From contig CAZUYC010000015.1 in NCBI GenBank assembly GCA_964624475.1, positions 9,124 through 73,123 on the forward strand: 64,000 nucleotides of DNA. Direction: 5' to 3'. The notes below the pieces were generated by a model. It saw only the letters and a list, made by a program, of their open reading frames with translations. It searched no databases and was not told the DNA's origin. Of this stretch, positions 61,533 to 64,000 are shown in pieces. The translations under genes and the position numbers were made by a program. The stretch is from an uncultured Spirochaetales bacterium (GTDB lineage Bacteria; Myxococcota_A; UBA9160; SMWR01). Within the stretch, counting starts at the first letter, position 1. Every line of letters begins with the position of its first letter.

Positions 61533-62702
61533 ATGAGCGCACCGTTCGACATGACCCTGATCCAACGCGGCGCCCGCCTGCGCCGATCGCCCTATTTCGA
61601 GGCGACGCAGCGCCATGGAGCCCGCCGGTACACGGTGTACAACCACATGTTCCTGCCCACCTGCTACGACGATCTCGAAGCGGAGTACTGGAAGCTCCTG
61701 CGCGGCGTCAGCGTGTGGGACGTGAGCGTGGAGCGACAGGTGGAGATCACGGGGCCGGACGCCTTTGCGTTCACGAACCGGCTCACGCCGCGTGATCTCG
61801 CGAAGTGCGCCGTCGGTCAGGGCAAGTACGTCGTGCTCACGGCGGAAGACGGCGGGATCATCAACGATCCCGTGCTCCTGCGCCTGGGGGAGAACCACTT
61901 CTGGCTCGCCCTGGCCGACAGCGACGTGCTCTTGTGGGCGAAGGGAGTCGCCCTCCACTCGGGTCTCGACGTCGAGATCCGCGAGCCCGACGTGTCGCCC
62001 CTGCAGATCCAGGGCCCCAAGGCGAAGGACGTCGTCGCGGCGCTCTTCGGCAACGCCGTGTTGGATCTGCGTTACTACTGGTTCCTCGAGACGCAGCTCG
62101 ACGGCATCCCCCTGATCGTCACGCGCACGGGCTGGACCGGCGAGATCGGCTACGAGGTCTACCTGCGCGACGGAAGCCGCGGCGTGGAGCTGTGGGAGCG
62201 AGTGATGGAGGCGGGCCGGCCCTTCGGCATCGCCGCCACTGGACCGTCCGACATCCGGCGCATCGAGGCGGGAATCCTGAACTACGGGATCGACATGACC
62301 CTCGACACCAACCCGTTCGAGGTCGGCCTCGGCTGGCAGGTCGAGCTCGGCCGGGGAGCGGATTTCATCGGACGCGTCGCCCTCGAGCGGGTGCAGAAGG
62401 AGGGCGCGCGGCGCCAGCTGGTGGGGATCCACATCGAAGGTGCGCGGCTCGATCTCAACATGATCCGCTGGCCGGTGCTCGCGAACGGCGCCGAATGCGG
62501 CTTCGTCACGTCCGTGGTGTACTCGCCGCGGCTCGAGCGCAACATCGCCTACGCCCTGCTGCCCTCGCAGCACGCGTCGCTCGGGACGAAGCTCACGGTC
62601 GTCGTGCCGGAGAGCGAGGCGCCCGGGGCAGCCGGCCGACGCGCCGCAACGGTGGTGCCGAAGCCGTTCGTGGACCCGGATAAGGAGATTCCGAAGTCCT
62701 AG
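61533..62702 (+). CDS. GcvT-family aminomethyltransferase, DmdA-like THF-dependent demethylase
   Basis: ATG 61533 with AGGAG 9 nt upstream (the track ORF starts at GTG 61491). ..RRSPYFEATQRHGARRYTVYNHMFLPTCY.., ..VWDVSVERQVEITGPDA.., ..VSPLQIQGP.., ..TRTGWTGEIGYEVY.. follow my recollection of the DmdA-type layout. Confidence 0.8.
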   Translation: MSAPFDMTLIQRGARLRRSPYFEATQRHGARRYTVYNHMFLPTCYDDLEAEYWKLLRGVSVWDVSVERQVEITGPDAFAFTNRLTPRDLAKCAVGQGKYVVLTAEDGGIINDPVLLRLGENHFWLALADSDVLLWAKGVALHSGLDVEIREPDVSPLQIQGPKAKDVVAALFGNAVLDLRYYWFLETQLDGIPLIVTRTGWTGEIGYEVYLRDGSRGVELWERVMEAGRPFGIAATGPSDIRRIEAGILNYGIDMTLDTNPFEVGLGWQVELGRGADFIGRVALERVQKEGARRQLVGIHIEGARLDLNMIRWPVLANGAECGFVTSVVYSPRLERNIAYALLPSQHASLGTKLTVVVPESEAPGAAGRRAATVVPKPFVDPDKEIPKS

Positions 62703-64000
62703 GGAAGCGGAGCTCGGCCTGCAGCCGGCGTCGCCTGCCCTCGTTCGCGGAAGAGGATCCGTTCGACCAGCGGAATGGGCAGCGCTCCCTGCGCCACGAA
62801 CGCGTCGTGAAAGTTCCGTAGCGTCGCTCCCCTGGCCGAGCGGTACTTGTCGCGCAGCTCCTGGATCTGGAGCTTTCCGAGCGTGTAGTAGAGGTAGGTC
62901 GGGTTGTACGTGCCGCGGCGCGACTCCTCGAAGGCATTGGCCGGCTCCTGGAACGCCTTCTCCTCGAAGAACCTGGCCCCCTGCTCGACGGTCCAGCCGG
63001 CCGTATGCAGCTTGATGCCGACCACATAGCGAGCGTCGCGCAGCAGCGCCTCCTGGAGCTGCGCCAGGCGGTACCTGGGATCGTCGCCGCCGAAACCCTC
63101 ATCCACCATCATCTGCTCGCAGTAGTGGGCCCAGCCTTCGCCATTGGTGCCCGAGAAGACCAGCTTGCGCGTCTTGGTCGGAAAGCGCGGCGCGTAGAGG
63201 AACTGCAGGTAGTGGCCGGGATAGGCCTCGTGCACGTTCATGAGGCCGGTGACCCAGGGGTTGAAGGCGCGCAGGTGTTCCTCCCCGTGCTTCGCCGTCC
63301 ACTCCTCTTCCACCGGCGTCACGTAGTAGAAAGCTTCGGTCGCCCTGGTCTCGAAGGGACCCGGCGTGTCCATCGAAGCGAATGAGCCGACGCGATCGTA
63401 GACGGGAGTCTCTTCGATGATCGGGCGAACGTCCGACGGAATGGTGATGATGTCCTTCTCGACCAGGAATCGCCGGGCATCCTCCACGGATTCCCTCACC
63501 GACGCAATCAGCTCGCCGGGCGCGGGATGGGTGTCCGACAAGGAGGTCATGACCTGGGCGGGCGTCTTCTCGGGATCGATCCTGGCGGCGACCTCGACGA
63601 AGGCGGCGTGGTCCGCGGCGAGCCGGGCCTCCCCCTTGGCCAGGAGGTCGGCGAGCGGCATTTCGACCATGTCTTCGTGCTTCAGCTTGGCGAGAAAGCT
63701 GGCCTCGCCAATCGCATAGTTTCCCTTCGACCGCGGCAAGAGGTCCTTCTCGAGCCACGCGGCAAAGTCCCTGGTGGCCGCGACGGCGCCTCGGTTGGCT
63801 GCCTCGAAGCCGGCGCGCAGGGTCGGGTCGGCATCGGCCGCCTGGGTCTCGACCCACGTGGGTACGGAGCTCTCGAAGAATCCGATCGAACCCTTCGCCA
63901 TGCGAATCGCCAGGTCCGTGAACTCCCTGGGCGGGTCGTGCAGATTCGCCCTGGCGGCTGCGTAGACCCCCGGCACGCCTTGGAGGCGCCCCACCACTGA
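62699..64000 (-). CDS. DUF885-family protein (putative metallopeptidase-like), N-terminus beyond window end
   Basis: The ORF is open to the window edge. ..NVHEAYPGHYLQF.., ..GEGWAHYCEQMM.., ..KLQIQELR... Its stop shares CTAG with the convergent gene. Confidence 0.75.
   Translation of the reverse strand, partial: SVVGRLQGVPGVYAAARANLHDPPREFTDLAIRMAKGSIGFFESSVPTWVETQAADADPTLRAGFEAANRGAVAATRDFAAWLEKDLLPRSKGNYAIGEASFLAKLKHEDMVEMPLADLLAKGEARLAADHAAFVEVAARIDPEKTPAQVMTSLSDTHPAPGELIASVRESVEDARRFLVEKDIITIPSDVRPIIEETPVYDRVGSFASMDTPGPFETRATEAFYYVTPVEEEWTAKHGEEHLRAFNPWVTGLMNVHEAYPGHYLQFLYAPRFPTKTRKLVFSGTNGEGWAHYCEQMMVDEGFGGDDPRYRLAQLQEALLRDARYVVGIKLHTAGWTVEQGARFFEEKAFQEPANAFEESRRGTYNPTYLYYTLGKLQIQELRDKYRSARGATLRNFHDAFVAQGALPIPLVERILFRERGQATPAAGRAPLP

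Overview
Very GC-rich chromosomal segment from a Gram-negative-type bacterium, shown by a TonB-dependent receptor, many lipoboxes and a PEP-CTERM sorting signal. The lineage cannot be fixed from sequence alone. I support about 40 protein genes. Most other long ORFs in the six-frame track are Arg/Pro/Gly-rich shadow frames of these genes. No rRNA, tRNA or CRISPR was found.

Content in order:
- 1-16 kb: a battery of secreted or lipoprotein peptide hydrolases (two S9 peptidases in the window, DmpA/S58, TolB-propeller-PHP hydrolase, YtcJ-like amidohydrolase, gluzincin, CocE/NonD), a basic-amino-acid decarboxylase and a vapBC toxin-antitoxin pair.
- 16-21 kb: a mosaic block holding an IS91-type relic, a two-gene membrane module of unknown function (a His-rich polytopic protein, and an RnfD/NqrB-like membrane domain fused to Sel1 repeats), and a decayed lysA.
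- 21-29 kb: an OMP-like protein, a sulfatase-like protein, a PEP-CTERM protein, a large TPR lipoprotein and a helical-repeat protein.
- 29-34 kb: a minus-strand operon of BHMT-like methyltransferase, MFS transporter and TonB receptor.
- 34-43.5 kb: an S9 peptidase and D-aminoacylase, then kamA with a class-III aminotransferase, converging on a fused 3-oxoacid CoA-transferase and a thiolase.
- 43.5-47.5 kb: a lower-GC graveyard of mobile-element relics (RAYT-like HUH transposase, IS256-family and IS66-like fragments, an MBL fragment).
- 47.5-62.7 kb: a tightly packed plus-strand operon (POT transporter, three CrtI/COG1233-like flavoproteins interleaved with a split DAO plus GcvT demethylase, two aminotransferases, a P5C-dehydrogenase-like ALDH), then an ornithine cyclodeaminase-family gene, a DmdA-like GcvT and a partial DUF885.

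Most interesting observations:
- A four-enzyme set that could degrade beta-lysine without B12.
- The POT / triple-COG1233 / split-demethylase operon.
- A recurrent intergenic REP-like element with a covarying hairpin, in the same window as a RAYT-like gene.
- The orphan membrane module flanked by relics.

All functional calls come from motif recognition by eye. No database search was run.
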